NCBI GenBank assembly: GCA_963706575.1
Contig: CAVPNL010000012.1
Location: forward strand, 128,001 to 192,000
Reading direction: 5' to 3'
From: an uncultured delta proteobacterium
GTDB lineage: Bacteria; Desulfobacterota; Desulfobacteria; Desulfobacterales; JAHEIW01
Length of the DNA stretch: 64,000 nucleotides
Shown here: piece by piece, positions 28,241 to 39,584 of the stretch
How positions within the stretch are numbered: the stretch's first letter is position 1
How the letters are laid out: each line of letters opens with the position of its first letter
Notes under the pieces: generated by a model
Told to the model about the DNA's origin: nothing
The model's database searches: none
What the model saw: only the letters and a program-made list of their open reading frames with translations
Program-made: the position numbers and the translations under genes

Positions 28241-30618
28241 TCATGTCTTCTATTGTAGCTGATCTGTATCTTTTTTTTTCACACCGCAGGCCAATGGTCT
28301 TTGTTGCAACCCTGGCGGTCATCGTCATATCCGCCATCGCCTTTGTTAATTTAAATTTAAACGAAAACATCGAGTCCATGCTACCTGACCGCAAAACCGA
28401 TACGGCATTGAATTTCAGCCTTTTGCAACAGGCGCCGTTTTCACGCAAGGTCATCATCAACCTGAATAAACAGGCCAATATCCATGGCAATGAATTGGTG
28501 GAAATAACCGACCGTCTTGCAGAAGCCATGACTCCTCCCTTTTTTACACGGGTTGTTACCGGTCCCGGGGAGTCTTTCAATTTGGATTTTTTCTCGTGGT
28601 TAGTCCATGTTTACCCAAGCCTAATCGCAGATGAAGATATCAATAGACTACAGCAGACATTGACCGCTGAAAAGGTTCGCAAAGAGCTCAACGAATTGCA
28701 TGCAAAACTTTTGAGCCCTGAAGGTTCGGCTTTGAAAAGGCTTTTTCAGGCTGATCCGCTGGGTTTTAGGTTCAATGTTTTAGAGAAACTGCGATTTTTA
28801 AATATCATCCCCAGGATGCGTCTTGAAAACGGTCACTTTATCAGTCCCGACGGCAAGAACGTCCTCATACTGGCAGAGACTCCATATAAAATAACAGATG
28901 TCGAGCACGGCAGAGAAATGCTAACTCACTTTCAAGCTCTCCTTGCCAATGTTGTTCCCGATAATATTACCGTATCGATGATCAGCGGTCACCGTTACAC
29001 ATTAGCAAACATTGATGCCGTTAAAAAGGACATTGCAATTATCCTAATCTGCTCGTCTCTTGGGATTTTCATTATATTTCTAGTATTTTTAAGATCAGTG
29101 GGAGGGATTTTTGTTTTCTTAATACCAATTTGCGTGCTGTGCATCGCTGCTGCCTGCGTTTCGGTGTTTTACAGAACCGTATCAGCTGTCACGATAGGGT
29201 TCGGCGCCGTTCTACTTGGCATATCGGTCGATTTTGCCATACACGTATATTTTGCAATGCGTTCCGATCCAAGCAACCCCCCGGAAGCGATCGCTCAGGT
29301 GTCGCGCCCAATTTCATTTTGCGCATTGACAACGCTTGGCGCTTTTGGCGTGCTGTCCTTTTCCAGCCTGCCTGTTCAGCGCGAACTTGCAGTGTTCTCC
29401 ATCATTGGCGTCTGTGCATCCTTAATCTTGTCGCTGACTATTTTGCCCCACGTGGTGCACCCCCCGCAAATACCGAAAAAAAATGAGGAACCTTACATTA
29501 AAAAAGAATTGCGCTTGGCCCGAAAATGGTTGGTTTACGGCTGGCTGGCAATTCTCGTCATTTGTGCTTGGCAGGGCACCAAACTTCATTTTGATGGGGA
29601 CTTGCGCTCCTTAAACCTGGTGCCGGATGAAATTCGCGACTTGGAGAATACACTGCAGCGTACCTGGGGAAATTTCAGGGGCACAGCGGTTATTTTCGCC
29701 GAAGGACCGGATCTTCAAACCGCCCTGGAAACCAACGATCGCATCTTTAGGCATTTAACCCGTAACCCCAACTCGAGTCCAATCGTAAGTTTAGCAGCCA
29801 TACTACCATCTCTGAAAACCCAGCAGTCAAATCGCCAACGCTGGAATGCGTTTTGGTCCGATGAAAGAAAGGAATACATCAACCAGCTTTTAACTGCTGA
29901 GGGAAAATTAATCGGGTTTAAGCCCACTGCTTTTGAACCCTTTGATAGACTTATTGCGGGGCCGTCACCCCCGGTGACGGTGGAAGCTTTACGGATAATT
30001 GGATTGGCAGAAATAGTCGATACGTTGATCATCGGTGACGGTAAAAATGTGAAAGTGTTGACGTTGGTGCCGGATACTCCGGAGATTGCCGCCCTGTTGA
30101 ATCATATTGATTTCGACCGCTCCGGGATACAATTTGCATCTCAAAATCAATTTCGGCAGACAATCAGCAAAGCAATCGCAGATGATTTCAGCCATTTTAT
30201 TTTAACGGCATCTGTGGTGGTTATTCTTTTATTAGGCTTATTTTTTCGGAATCTAAAAAAGGTTTTACTTGCGCTCATACCGGTTGTTACCGGAATGCTC
30301 TTTATGGTCGGTGTGATGGGCGGGTTGGGTATTGCCTTCAACTTGTTCAATATTGTGGCCGCAATTTTAATTATCGGATTAGGGGTTGATTACGGCATTT
30401 TCATGGTTTCTAAAATTTCGCAGGGCTCGGACGCGGCCATCCAAAGGGCAGTTTTTGTATCCGGGTTAACGACCTTGGCCGGATTCGGAGCCCTTGTTTT
30501 GGCTCGCCATCCGGCCCTGCATTCTATAGGACTTTCGGTGTTAGTGGGCATCAGCGCAGCCATACCGTCGGCATTGCTGGTCATTCCAGCGATGTACCGC
30601 AAAAAGAATGAAAATTAG
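28237..30618 (+). CDS. MMPL/RND-family exporter (ApeM-like)
   Basis: Two TM bundles with GISVDFAIH and GLGVDYGIF motifs; large periplasmic loops. Confidence 0.92.
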   Translation: MIMSSIVADLYLFFSHRRPMVFVATLAVIVISAIAFVNLNLNENIESMLPDRKTDTALNFSLLQQAPFSRKVIINLNKQANIHGNELVEITDRLAEAMTPPFFTRVVTGPGESFNLDFFSWLVHVYPSLIADEDINRLQQTLTAEKVRKELNELHAKLLSPEGSALKRLFQADPLGFRFNVLEKLRFLNIIPRMRLENGHFISPDGKNVLILAETPYKITDVEHGREMLTHFQALLANVVPDNITVSMISGHRYTLANIDAVKKDIAIILICSSLGIFIIFLVFLRSVGGIFVFLIPICVLCIAAACVSVFYRTVSAVTIGFGAVLLGISVDFAIHVYFAMRSDPSNPPEAIAQVSRPISFCALTTLGAFGVLSFSSLPVQRELAVFSIIGVCASLILSLTILPHVVHPPQIPKKNEEPYIKKELRLARKWLVYGWLAILVICAWQGTKLHFDGDLRSLNLVPDEIRDLENTLQRTWGNFRGTAVIFAEGPDLQTALETNDRIFRHLTRNPNSSPIVSLAAILPSLKTQQSNRQRWNAFWSDERKEYINQLLTAEGKLIGFKPTAFEPFDRLIAGPSPPVTVEALRIIGLAEIVDTLIIGDGKNVKVLTLVPDTPEIAALLNHIDFDRSGIQFASQNQFRQTISKAIADDFSHFILTASVVVILLLGLFFRNLKKVLLALIPVVTGMLFMVGVMGGLGIAFNLFNIVAAILIIGLGVDYGIFMVSKISQGSDAAIQRAVFVSGLTTLAGFGALVLARHPALHSIGLSVLVGISAAIPSALLVIPAMYRKKNEN

Positions 30619-30620
30619 CG

Positions 30621-31007
30621 ATGAATAAAATAAAAAAAGAAATTATCTCATCGGCCGTTAGCAGAATAGAAGAATCAGAGGCGGATACGATCAAACAGCG
30701 CTATCGATTCAGTACTGATTTCATCGGTTTTGCCGGTCATTTCCCCGGCAACCCGATTCTGCCGGCCTTTGTTCAAATACTGATGGCTTTGACGCTGACC
30801 GAAAAGTACAAAGGTTGCCGTTTGAAAGCGGCCAGCGTTGAGAAAGCCAAATTCCGCATTCCTCTTCAACCTGACCAGGAAATCGAAGTAGCATGTCGCC
30901 AGCGAACGGCAGGTGAACTGTCAGGCTTTGATGCGCGTCTATCGGTTTCCGAAGGATTAGCGGCTTCATTTCGGATTTCCTTTTCCGTAAAGGAAGATGA
31001 CCAATGA
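30621..31007 (+). CDS. FabA/Z-like dehydratase (ApeI-like)
   Basis: FAGHFPGNPILPA, AKFRIPLQP. Confidence 0.88.
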   Translation: MNKIKKEIISSAVSRIEESEADTIKQRYRFSTDFIGFAGHFPGNPILPAFVQILMALTLTEKYKGCRLKAASVEKAKFRIPLQPDQEIEVACRQRTAGELSGFDARLSVSEGLAASFRISFSVKEDDQ

Positions 31008-31465
31008 TTAAACCTTACTTTAAGGCACGTGAAGGACAACCAGCACCTCTGCGTATTCGCATCGAACAGACGGTGCGCTTTGAAGAAGTTGACTCTCTTG
31101 GTATCGTCTGGCACGGACGCTATGCAAGTTATTTTGAAGATGCCAGGGTGGCATTCGGTGAAAAATACGGTATCGGCTACATGGATTTTTATGCCAACGG
31201 AGTGGTGGCGCCGATTAAGCAAATGCACTTTGATTATCATCAACCGCTCAGGTTCGGCGAAAAAATGACAATTGAGGCCATTTTGCACTGGTCGGAAGCC
31301 GCTCGGATGAATTTTGAATTCATTATACGAACGGGCAACGGTGAAATATCAACAACAGGGTACTCCGTCCAGATGATGCTCGATCCTGATGAAAACATTC
31401 TTGTGGTACTGCCTCCGTTTTATAAAGCGTTTTTGAATAAATGGAAGGCAGAGGAATTAAAATGA
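31004..31465 (+). CDS. Acyl-CoA/ACP thioesterase (4HBT/YbgC-like, ApeK-like)
   Basis: VRFEEVDSLGIVWHGRYASYFEDAR. Confidence 0.92.
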   Translation: MIKPYFKAREGQPAPLRIRIEQTVRFEEVDSLGIVWHGRYASYFEDARVAFGEKYGIGYMDFYANGVVAPIKQMHFDYHQPLRFGEKMTIEAILHWSEAARMNFEFIIRTGNGEISTTGYSVQMMLDPDENILVVLPPFYKAFLNKWKAEELK

Positions 31466-32596
31466 GAGACGTTTGGATTGCAGATGCAGCGGCCATCACC
31501 CCTTTTGGGGAAAGCCTCCGGCAATTATGGCAGGCGCTTTTAGCCGGAAAATCCGCAATAAGGCCTGTTTCGCGCTTTCCGGTTAAAAATTATCATGCCG
31601 GCATTGCGTCCTGTATCGAGGATTTAACCGGCTCCGGAGATCGATCCATGGGACATACCCTTTTGCAGCGACTCCTGCAACAGCTTGACCCGATCTCAAA
31701 AGATACACTTTTGATTACCGCGACCACAAAGTCAGGAATTGACAATCTGGAAAAAGTTTGCGGAGGGTATCCTGCCAATATACGGGACATTATGCTTTCA
31801 GCCATATATGAAGAAATTACCAAAAGGACCTCAACTTAAAGCAACACGGTATGAACATCAGTGCATCCTGTGCTTCTGCCACCATTGCCATTGCGCAGGG
31901 AGCTGCTATGATCGCTTCGAACTGGACGGATGCCGTACTGGTCTGTTGCATGGATCTGGTTACCGAATTTGTTTTCTCGGGCTTTTCAGCGTTGCAGGCC
32001 TTATCCGCTGCTCCCTGTCGTCCTTTTGACCGGGACCGCAACGGACTATCCTTGGCGAAGGTGCTGCTGCCGTGCTGTTAATGAGCAAAGAGCGAGCGAA
32101 GCAGGAAGCCCGACCCCATCTGGCAACTATTCTTGGCTGGGGTGCGGCCAACGATGCCAGCCATATTACCGCTCCGGACGAGATGGATGCGGTCTTCAAC
32201 AGGCAATCATTCAGGCAATGGCAACGGCAAGATGCGAACCTGTTCGATATTGCCGCCATCAGTGCCCATGGAACCGGTACGATCTATAACGACCAGATGG
32301 AATTGAGGGTCTTCAATCATATTTTTGCTGATCACCCAATACCCATTTACTCCATAAAAGGAGCCATCGGGCACACATTGGGGGCTGCCGGTGGGATTGA
32401 GATCGTTGTTGGAATCCAAACACTTCTAGAGCAAACGGCTCCGCCAACAATCGGTTTTTCAAATCCGGAAAAAGGCGCGGAGGGAAGGGTTATGTCCGAG
32501 CCGGTGAATATTTCCGGTGATTATTTGCTGACCACGAATTCCGGTTTTGGAGGTATTAACGCTGCGATAATTTTGAGTAAAGGAAGTGTGCCGTGA
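31462..32596 (+). pseudogene. Beta-ketoacyl synthase KS3 (several frameshifts)
   Basis: Fragments MRDVWI.., NISASCAS (Cys), CRPFDRDR, SAHGTGT, IGHTLGAAG, NSGFGG. Confidence 0.82.
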
Positions 32597-33336
32597 AGAG
32601 CTGTCATTACTGGGTCTGGTTGGGTTACACCAATAACCATGGGGTGCGGAAGAAACCATGATTGTTTTGAAATGCGTGCGGGCAAATTGCCTGAAATCAC
32701 GCGCAAAGCTGTCTTTGAAGAACCTTGCCCCATTTTGGTCGGCTGGATCGATATTCTCGTCTGGTGACTATCGGCGATTGCATTCGCACTTGAAGGACGC
32801 GCGGCTACATCAGTGGACCCAAAACGTGCCAATCGGCATCATCGCTTCTACGCGTGAACGGTTGCCTGGAAACAGATATTAATATTTTAATACCGTGATG
32901 ACTGATGGCGGGCGCATGGCAAGCCCTAATTTGTTTGCCTATACGCTGCCGAACAGTTTTTTAGGAGAAGCATCGATATTCGGTTTGGCCTGACCGGAAC
33001 AGCTTTGTTATCAGTGAGCCGTCTGCATCCGGACTTTGGTGCTTGCGGATGGCTTTAATCGGGATAGCAGACGGGCAATTCGAAAAGGTCGTTTGCGGCA
33101 TGTGTGATCTAGGTCATTTACCGCCTTTTACGAAAGCCAATAAAACGCCTTGCGGCGCATTGTTTTTTGTTATTGAAAAAACTCCCTGCCACATTCAATT
33201 GGTCTACGGGGATCTTTGCCTCGGCAGACACGGGGTTTTAATGTTCAACAATGAAGAAATAAAGAGTTTGCCCATATTGGCACAAAAATGTTTAACCGCT
33301 TTTGCGGCCAAAGATGATAAAACACCTGAAGTGTAA
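32593..33336 (+). pseudogene. KS N-terminal/chain-length-factor-like protein (several frameshifts)
   Basis: (M)RAVITGSGWVT.., ASPNLFAYTLPNSFLGEASI; no catalytic Cys-His-His; GTGA overlap with KS3. Confidence 0.7.
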
Positions 33337-33440
33337 AACTTAATTATCAATCACTTAATCTTAGCCATCCCAAAATAGTACAGCTTAAGGGAACGCTATC
33401 GCCGAAATTCAAAACGTCGACGAGCCCAAAGGACAGATTA

Positions 33441-34707
33441 ATGAAAATTAAATTAATTTTTCCAACCTGGTCCAAGTTGGAACATCAGACAGAGTTCCAT
33501 CTTCCCCCTCACGGACCGGTGGTATTCGCTGCCGAAGTGCCGGATGATGTCGAACTTGAATTTATCGACGCCAATTTGCAACCGATTAAATTTGACGATT
33601 CAGTCGACCTGGTTGCCCTCTCAGTATTGTTAACCTGCCAGCTGCCGCACGCATTTGAAATCGCAGACAATTATCGCAAAATGAACATACCGGTAATTTT
33701 CGGCGGGATAGCAACCTCGCTGCACGCCGAGGAAGTAAGTCAACATGCAGATAGTGTTTTCCTCGGTGAAGTGGAAGGCCGATTTATTTCTGTGATTGAG
33801 GATTTGAAAGCCGGGCAGATGAAAAGAAAATATGATTTTCTGAACGATCCTCCGGATATCCGTCTCGTCGGTCCGGCCAGGCGAGATATTCTCTGCCGTG
33901 AGTTATACAATTATCGGGGCGTTCAGATGTTTGATCTTATTCATGCATCGCGGGGTTGTAAGTTCGATTGTTTTCCCTGCTGTGTCGGATATCTGGGGGG
34001 TCGGAAATTTCGCCCCCGTCCGATCAAAAAGGTTATCGAAGAAATGGAATCGATTCCCAACAACCGGTTGTTCATCGTGGATAATTCTCTGGCGCAGGAT
34101 CGTCAATGGATAATGGCGCTTCTGAAAGCAATGATCCCGCTAAAAAAGAAATGGGTTTCTCATCCGGTAATATATGATGAAAAGGTCCTCGAACTGGCCG
34201 CCGAGGCAGGATGCTGGTATGTGTACCAGGCGATATTTGATACCTCAGACGTCATTCGCGACCGCATAAAAATGCTAAAAAGCCATGGTATCGGCATCGA
34301 AGGTACGATCATTCTCGGTACCGATGACCAAAATGAAGACGATATCAAGCGTCTGGTGGATTTTCTAATCGAAAACGAACTCGACATGGCTGAATTCACC
34401 ATACTGACCCCCTTCCCTCACACGCCGATTCGAGCCCAATTTGAAAAAGAGGGCCGCATCCTGAGTAATTCCTGGAGTGACTATACCTGTGACAAGGTTG
34501 TTTTTCAGCCCAAACATATGACGCCTCAAAAACTTCAGGAACTTTACCATTATGCCTGGCGCACATTTTATGCGGATAGCGGTAGAGCAGTTAAAAATGG
34601 CCGACCTTTTTTTGAAGGTGGTCAAAAAAGAAATGGAAGATGGAACTTATCGACGCTATAATCCTAGAAAACGCACAGGCTTTAACAAGAAGTTGTCAGT
34701 GGTATGA
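33441..34707 (+). CDS. B12-binding radical SAM protein 1 (frameshift near the C-terminus, ~34590)
   Basis: RGCKFDCFPC; N-terminal cobalamin domain (VIFGG..S, GEVE); alternative frame LKMADLF...LSVV* ends in an ATGA overlap at 34704-34707. Confidence 0.88.
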
Positions 34708-36063
34708 GTAATTTTTTTCTACTTTCATCAAATGTGAATACCGATCCATATCCGGTCTATCCCCTGGGAATGGCAGTGGTGGCAGCGTCTCTTGATAACG
34801 CAGGTCATCAAGTATGGCAATATGACTACCTTGCCGCAGGCTGCTCAGATCATGGATTAAAGAAAGCACTGAAAGAAATTCGCTCCAGACTTTGTTGGCA
34901 TTTCACTTCGCAATATCGATAATGTCGATTCATTTTCAGCCGAGCAAGAGTGGTACCTGGCGAAAGTCAAAATGCTGGTTGAAATAATCCGGCAGGCAAC
35001 AGCCGTACCGATTATTGTGGGCGGACCCGGTTTTTCAATCTTACCGGAGGAAATTATAAATTACATTGACGCTGATTACGGCGTTGTGGGCGAAGGTGAG
35101 CGTACGCTCTGCGACCTCATTGCAGAATTAGAAGCGGGACACTTTGCACCGCGAATTATCGAAAGTAACAAGGATCTTCTCATCGGAGCGGAAATGGCAT
35201 CTCCGCGCTGGGATAAAAATCTGGTTAATTTTTATATTGAACGCAGCGGAATGGTTAATCTGCAGACCAAACGCGGCTGTCCCCATAATTGCAATTACTG
35301 CTCCTATCCGACATTGGAGGGGCGGCGCCTGCGGACAAAAGAACCTGAAAAGGTGGTAGAGGAAATTAAACAGGCACAGGAAATGTTCGGCATAGACACC
35401 ATCTTTTTTGCTGATTCGATTTTTAATGACAACTCCGACCACTACCTGATCGTTGCCGAAGAATTTCTGAAACAGGAGATAGATTTGCGCTGGTACGGTT
35501 TTTTCCGGCCCCAAGATATCCGTGCGAAAGAGTTGAACCTGCTAAAGCGTTCAGGGTTAAGCGCGATGGAGGTGGGTACAGATGCCGCATGCGATGCGAC
35601 GTTAGCCGGCCTTAACAAGAAGTTTACCTTTGCGGACGTCATCGAATTTAACAGAGCTTGCGTCAAAGAGGAGATTCCTACAGCCCATTTCATCATGTTC
35701 GGCGGTCCGGATGAAACAATCGCAACGGTCAAAGAAGGATTGAAAAATATACAAGGGCTTGAACGGTGTGTTGTTTTTGCGTTTGGTGGAATCCGGATCC
35801 ACCCCGGAACCCAGATACATGCCCGGGCCATACAAGAGGGGACTCTGAATCAAAAAGACTCTTTACTGAGACCTGTTTATTATTTTTCGCCAAATCTGGA
35901 TCAAGCAGTTATGAATGAGAACATCACATCCGCTTTTCATGGCCAACGCGATCGAATTTTCCCGCCTGCGGAGGGCCTGATCCGTATGGCCACCATGAAC
36001 CGCTTTGGTTACCGTGGGTTGCTGTGGGACAAGCTGGTATCTTTTGAAAAGTACCCAAAATAA
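34704..36063 (+). pseudogene. Lipid-biosynthesis B12-binding/radical SAM protein 2 (TIGR04072-like; frameshift ~34885)
   Basis: LLSSN..DPYPVYPLG, ISLRNIDNVD, IVGGPGFS..PE, QTKRGCPHNCNYC, FGGPDET, IRIHPGT. Confidence 0.85.
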
Positions 36064-36107
36064 AAATCTAAGGAGACATCAGCAACAGGATTTAGAATAA
36101 ATTCGGG

Positions 36108-37562
36108 ATGAAAGCATTAAATCTTAACAATATCTTACTGGTTCACCCTTTAGGTTACCCCGTTGCCGAAGCAAAAAAGGATATTTCGCGCATGGCCAAC
36201 ATCATGCCGCCGCTGGGGCTGGCAAGCATGGCGGCCTACCTGCAGGGACAGGGCATCGATTGTGCGATTGTCGACTGTTTTGCAAAGCCGGGTTCAGACG
36301 AATTGATAAAAGACTATCTATTGACGCAACGGCCAGCCTTTATGGGCCTGAGTTGCACAACTTCGAGCTTTCTGGACGGTATAAGGATCGTCAAATTGGC
36401 CAAGTCGATTCTGCCGGATCTCCAGGCAGTTTTCGGCGGAGCGCATGTATCTGCTTTGGGAAAAAAGGTTCTCGACAGCTTTAAAGAAGTGGATTGCGCT
36501 GTGGTGGGTGAAGGGGAGCACACGCTTGCCGAACTGATTAAAAACGGATCCAGAGGCTATGATGCGATTAAGGGTATCGTCTATCGAAATAGCGATGGAG
36601 AAGCACAATTTACGGGCTACCGGGAGGGCATTGATCTCGACACCCTTCCCTTTCCGGCTTATGAGAAGCTTAACGGATACCCGAGGACTTATCGTTTACC
36701 GATATTCAACTATCCGAAATCACCCAATACCAGCTGCATATCCAGCCGGGGCTGCCCTTATAAATGCAGTTACTGTGATCGGTCGGTATTCCGTAGCTCG
36801 TATCGCTATAATTCCGCCGAATACCTTTATGAACATCTCCGTTATCTGAAGCGTCGTTTTGGGCTAAAACATATTAACTTCTACGATGATCATTTCACTC
36901 TGAACCGCGAGCGCGTTGAAGATTTTACGCAATTGATGATTGAAAAGCCCTTAGGAATGACCTTTAACTGTGCCGTCCGAGCAGAGCATATCGACCGCGA
37001 ACTGCTTCAGCAAATGAAAGCTGCCGGTTGTTGGATGATCAGTCTGGGTATCGAAACGGGAGATGAAAACCTTTTAGCCCAACATCGCCAAAACGCAAAT
37101 CTTGGATTGCTCGCAGAAAAAATACATCTGATCAAAGAAATCGGAATACGCACCAAAGGGCTCCTGATGATGGGATTACCCGGAGAGACGGCAGACAGCA
37201 TAAAAAAAAGCATGCAATATGTTTTTAGATTGCCGTTGGACGACTTCAACTTGTCTAAATTCACGCCTTTTCCGGGTTCTCCAATTTATGAAAATATTCG
37301 TCAGTTTGGTACGTTTGAAGAGGAATGGCCGAAGATGGATTGTATGCACTTTTTGTTCGTTCCCAATGGCATGACCCGAGTTCGTTTGGAACAACTCTTT
37401 AAAAACTTTTACAAGATACATTTTCTACGCCCGAAAGTTATTTGGCAATATGTGTCCATGCTGTGGAAATCGCCTGACAGCTGGATCCGTTTTGTGCTAA
37501 ACATTAGAGATTTTATCAGATTCGCAATGACTGATAAACGAAAAGGGAAGGTTTGCATTTAA
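36108..37562 (+). CDS. B12-binding radical SAM protein 3 (class B methyltransferase/BchE-like)
   Basis: MPPLGLAS.AA, FGGAH.S, GEGE, SRGCPYKCSYC, GIETG, MGLPGET, TPFPGS. Confidence 0.93.
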   Translation: MKALNLNNILLVHPLGYPVAEAKKDISRMANIMPPLGLASMAAYLQGQGIDCAIVDCFAKPGSDELIKDYLLTQRPAFMGLSCTTSSFLDGIRIVKLAKSILPDLQAVFGGAHVSALGKKVLDSFKEVDCAVVGEGEHTLAELIKNGSRGYDAIKGIVYRNSDGEAQFTGYREGIDLDTLPFPAYEKLNGYPRTYRLPIFNYPKSPNTSCISSRGCPYKCSYCDRSVFRSSYRYNSAEYLYEHLRYLKRRFGLKHINFYDDHFTLNRERVEDFTQLMIEKPLGMTFNCAVRAEHIDRELLQQMKAAGCWMISLGIETGDENLLAQHRQNANLGLLAEKIHLIKEIGIRTKGLLMMGLPGETADSIKKSMQYVFRLPLDDFNLSKFTPFPGSPIYENIRQFGTFEEEWPKMDCMHFLFVPNGMTRVRLEQLFKNFYKIHFLRPKVIWQYVSMLWKSPDSWIRFVLNIRDFIRFAMTDKRKGKVCI

Positions 37563-37594
37563 TTAAATGACCCCAAACAAAAGGAGCAGAAAAA

Positions 37595-38194
37595 ATGAAA
37601 CCACTTTTAGCTTTAGTTGCAGTCCTTACCTTAATGTTTGCATTCGGCTGTGCGGAGACTGGCAAGGACATACAAAAGAAAATCCAAGTTGAAGAAGCGC
37701 CCCCGGAGGTGCAGCAATATACGGCCTACAATATCTGGCGCCTGAGGTCCTGGAATATGAGATGTATCAACTATAAGTATGACAACAATTTCATACCTGC
37801 GGGAACGAAAGTCAGTGATGTAAAAATTTCAGATGACGCGAGTGGAATCACGAGGATTTCCTTTGAGACAGCTGATGACAACCGCAAATACGGCATCTAT
37901 TTCACAAGTAAATGGCATCCCGGTCATACCATCGAGGACTATAAAAATTACATGTTCACAACCAAAACTTTCGAAGAATTAACTGCAAATATGAGCGACA
38001 GGGAAATCGGTGCGATTAAAAGTGGCGTAATTGTAGATGGGATGAGTAAAGAGGCGGTACTCGTGGCCTATGGAAGGCCACCGGAGCACAGAACTTCCAG
38101 CCTTGAGAGAAATATATGGTACTATTGGCGGAATAAATTTAGGCATTTCGGGGTTTGCTTTGACAAAGAAGACAGGACCACTTTCTGCAAGTAA
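37595..38194 (+). CDS. Lipoprotein with BamE/SmpA-like C-terminus, paralog 3
   Basis: Lipobox AFGC; GMSKEAV..YGRPPEHRTSSL..WYYWRNKF; aligns along its length with 15525-16070. Confidence 0.85.
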   Translation: MKPLLALVAVLTLMFAFGCAETGKDIQKKIQVEEAPPEVQQYTAYNIWRLRSWNMRCINYKYDNNFIPAGTKVSDVKISDDASGITRISFETADDNRKYGIYFTSKWHPGHTIEDYKNYMFTTKTFEELTANMSDREIGAIKSGVIVDGMSKEAVLVAYGRPPEHRTSSLERNIWYYWRNKFRHFGVCFDKEDRTTFCK

Positions 38195-38405
38195 TCGTTC
38201 CGTTCAATCACGTCTAAAGGTTTTGTATCCCTTGGAACTTCAAGGGGAGATTACCGGTAAAGCACCCATTGAAATATTGGGCAAATAACCGACAGAAATA
38301 GAAAATGTTTGGCCACAATGACCCCCTTCTTCATGAACCAGAATCGGGTGTGTCTTGCATTCCCGTATGGTATAAAGATGAGATACCCTTCTGTACAGGC
38401 TGGAA

Positions 38406-39584
38406 ATGTCTGATAAGCAATTAGTAGAAGTCAAACTGATGGTCGTTATTCCGGTGTATAACCATTCTACTTCATTACGTGAAGTTGTCGTGAGCGCCCT
38501 TGAGGTCAATGATTTGGTAATGGTAGTAGATGACGGCAGCACGGATGGAGGCATTGATGTCTTAGCAGACCTGGATGTTCAAATTCTTCAGCACTCGCGC
38601 AACCGGGGTAAAGGCGCTGCAATTATGACAGCAGTTAAAGCCTGCCACCAACTGGAAATTACGCATATGCTGACAATCGATGCTGACGGACAACATGATC
38701 CTTTTGAAATCCAAAAATTCCTTCCCAAAATTCGTTCGGAGCCTTTTTCAATTATTGTAGGAAAGCGTAATTTCCAAACTGCTAACGTCCCCGGATTGAC
38801 AAAATTTGGCAGGCATTTTTCAAATTTCTGGTTTCGTATTCAAACGGGGCAATCCCTCAGCGATACGCAAAGTGGTTTTCGTGCATATCCGCTGGTCGTT
38901 TTGGAAAATTTAAAATTGCGTGAAAAGCGCTTTGCCTTTGAAGTTGAGGTTCTGGTTAAGGCCGCCTGGGCCGGGGTGAAACTCCAAGAGGTCGATATTA
39001 ACGTAATTTACCCGCCTGCCGATGAAAGAATTTCTCATTTTGAAGTCTTTAGGGACAACTGGCAAATTAGTCTACTTAACACCAAATTAACCCTGATGTC
39101 CTTGTTTCCGATACCTCACCGCCAGATTTTAGGTGAATACAAAAATGAAGAAAAAATCACTCTGCGACATCCTATTCGCTCTATAAAAAAATTACTAACT
39201 CAAAAAATGTCTCCTGGAAAATTGGCAGCCGCAGGCGCCTTAGGTGTATTACTGGGGACATTGCCGCTGATCGGCGTTCACACGATTACCATACTTATCG
39301 CTGCAGGTTTTTTTCGATTGAACAGGATGGTGGCTTTGAGTACCAGCCAAGTGTGCATGCCGCCATTGGTTCCGGCGTTGTGTATTGAGATAGGTTATTT
39401 TTTGCGGCACGGTAAATTTTTAACAGAGATTTCATTACAAACCCTTGGATATCAAGCATTGGAGCGTTGCTATGAATGGCTGATTGGATCGATATTGCTT
39501 GCGCCAGTACTTGCTGTTTTAATTGCGGGAGTCATTTACATAATGGCCTCTTTTATAAAAAGGACAGTCCGTGCAACAGGATAA
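38406..39584 (+). CDS. Glycosyltransferase family 2 fused to DUF2062
   Basis: VVIPVYNH, VVDDGSTD, NRGKG, TIDADGQH, DTQSGFRAYP; C-terminal TM domain. Confidence 0.92.
   Translation: MSDKQLVEVKLMVVIPVYNHSTSLREVVVSALEVNDLVMVVDDGSTDGGIDVLADLDVQILQHSRNRGKGAAIMTAVKACHQLEITHMLTIDADGQHDPFEIQKFLPKIRSEPFSIIVGKRNFQTANVPGLTKFGRHFSNFWFRIQTGQSLSDTQSGFRAYPLVVLENLKLREKRFAFEVEVLVKAAWAGVKLQEVDINVIYPPADERISHFEVFRDNWQISLLNTKLTLMSLFPIPHRQILGEYKNEEKITLRHPIRSIKKLLTQKMSPGKLAAAGALGVLLGTLPLIGVHTITILIAAGFFRLNRMVALSTSQVCMPPLVPALCIEIGYFLRHGKFLTEISLQTLGYQALERCYEWLIGSILLAPVLAVLIAGVIYIMASFIKRTVRATG

Noticed and set aside
33337..33440. Cobalamin riboswitch ahead of the B12-rSAM genes, or preQ1 riboswitch ahead of the VUT transporter
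   Set aside because: The gap is short with no B12-box consensus, and the transporter start overlaps the NUDIX gene, leaving no leader.
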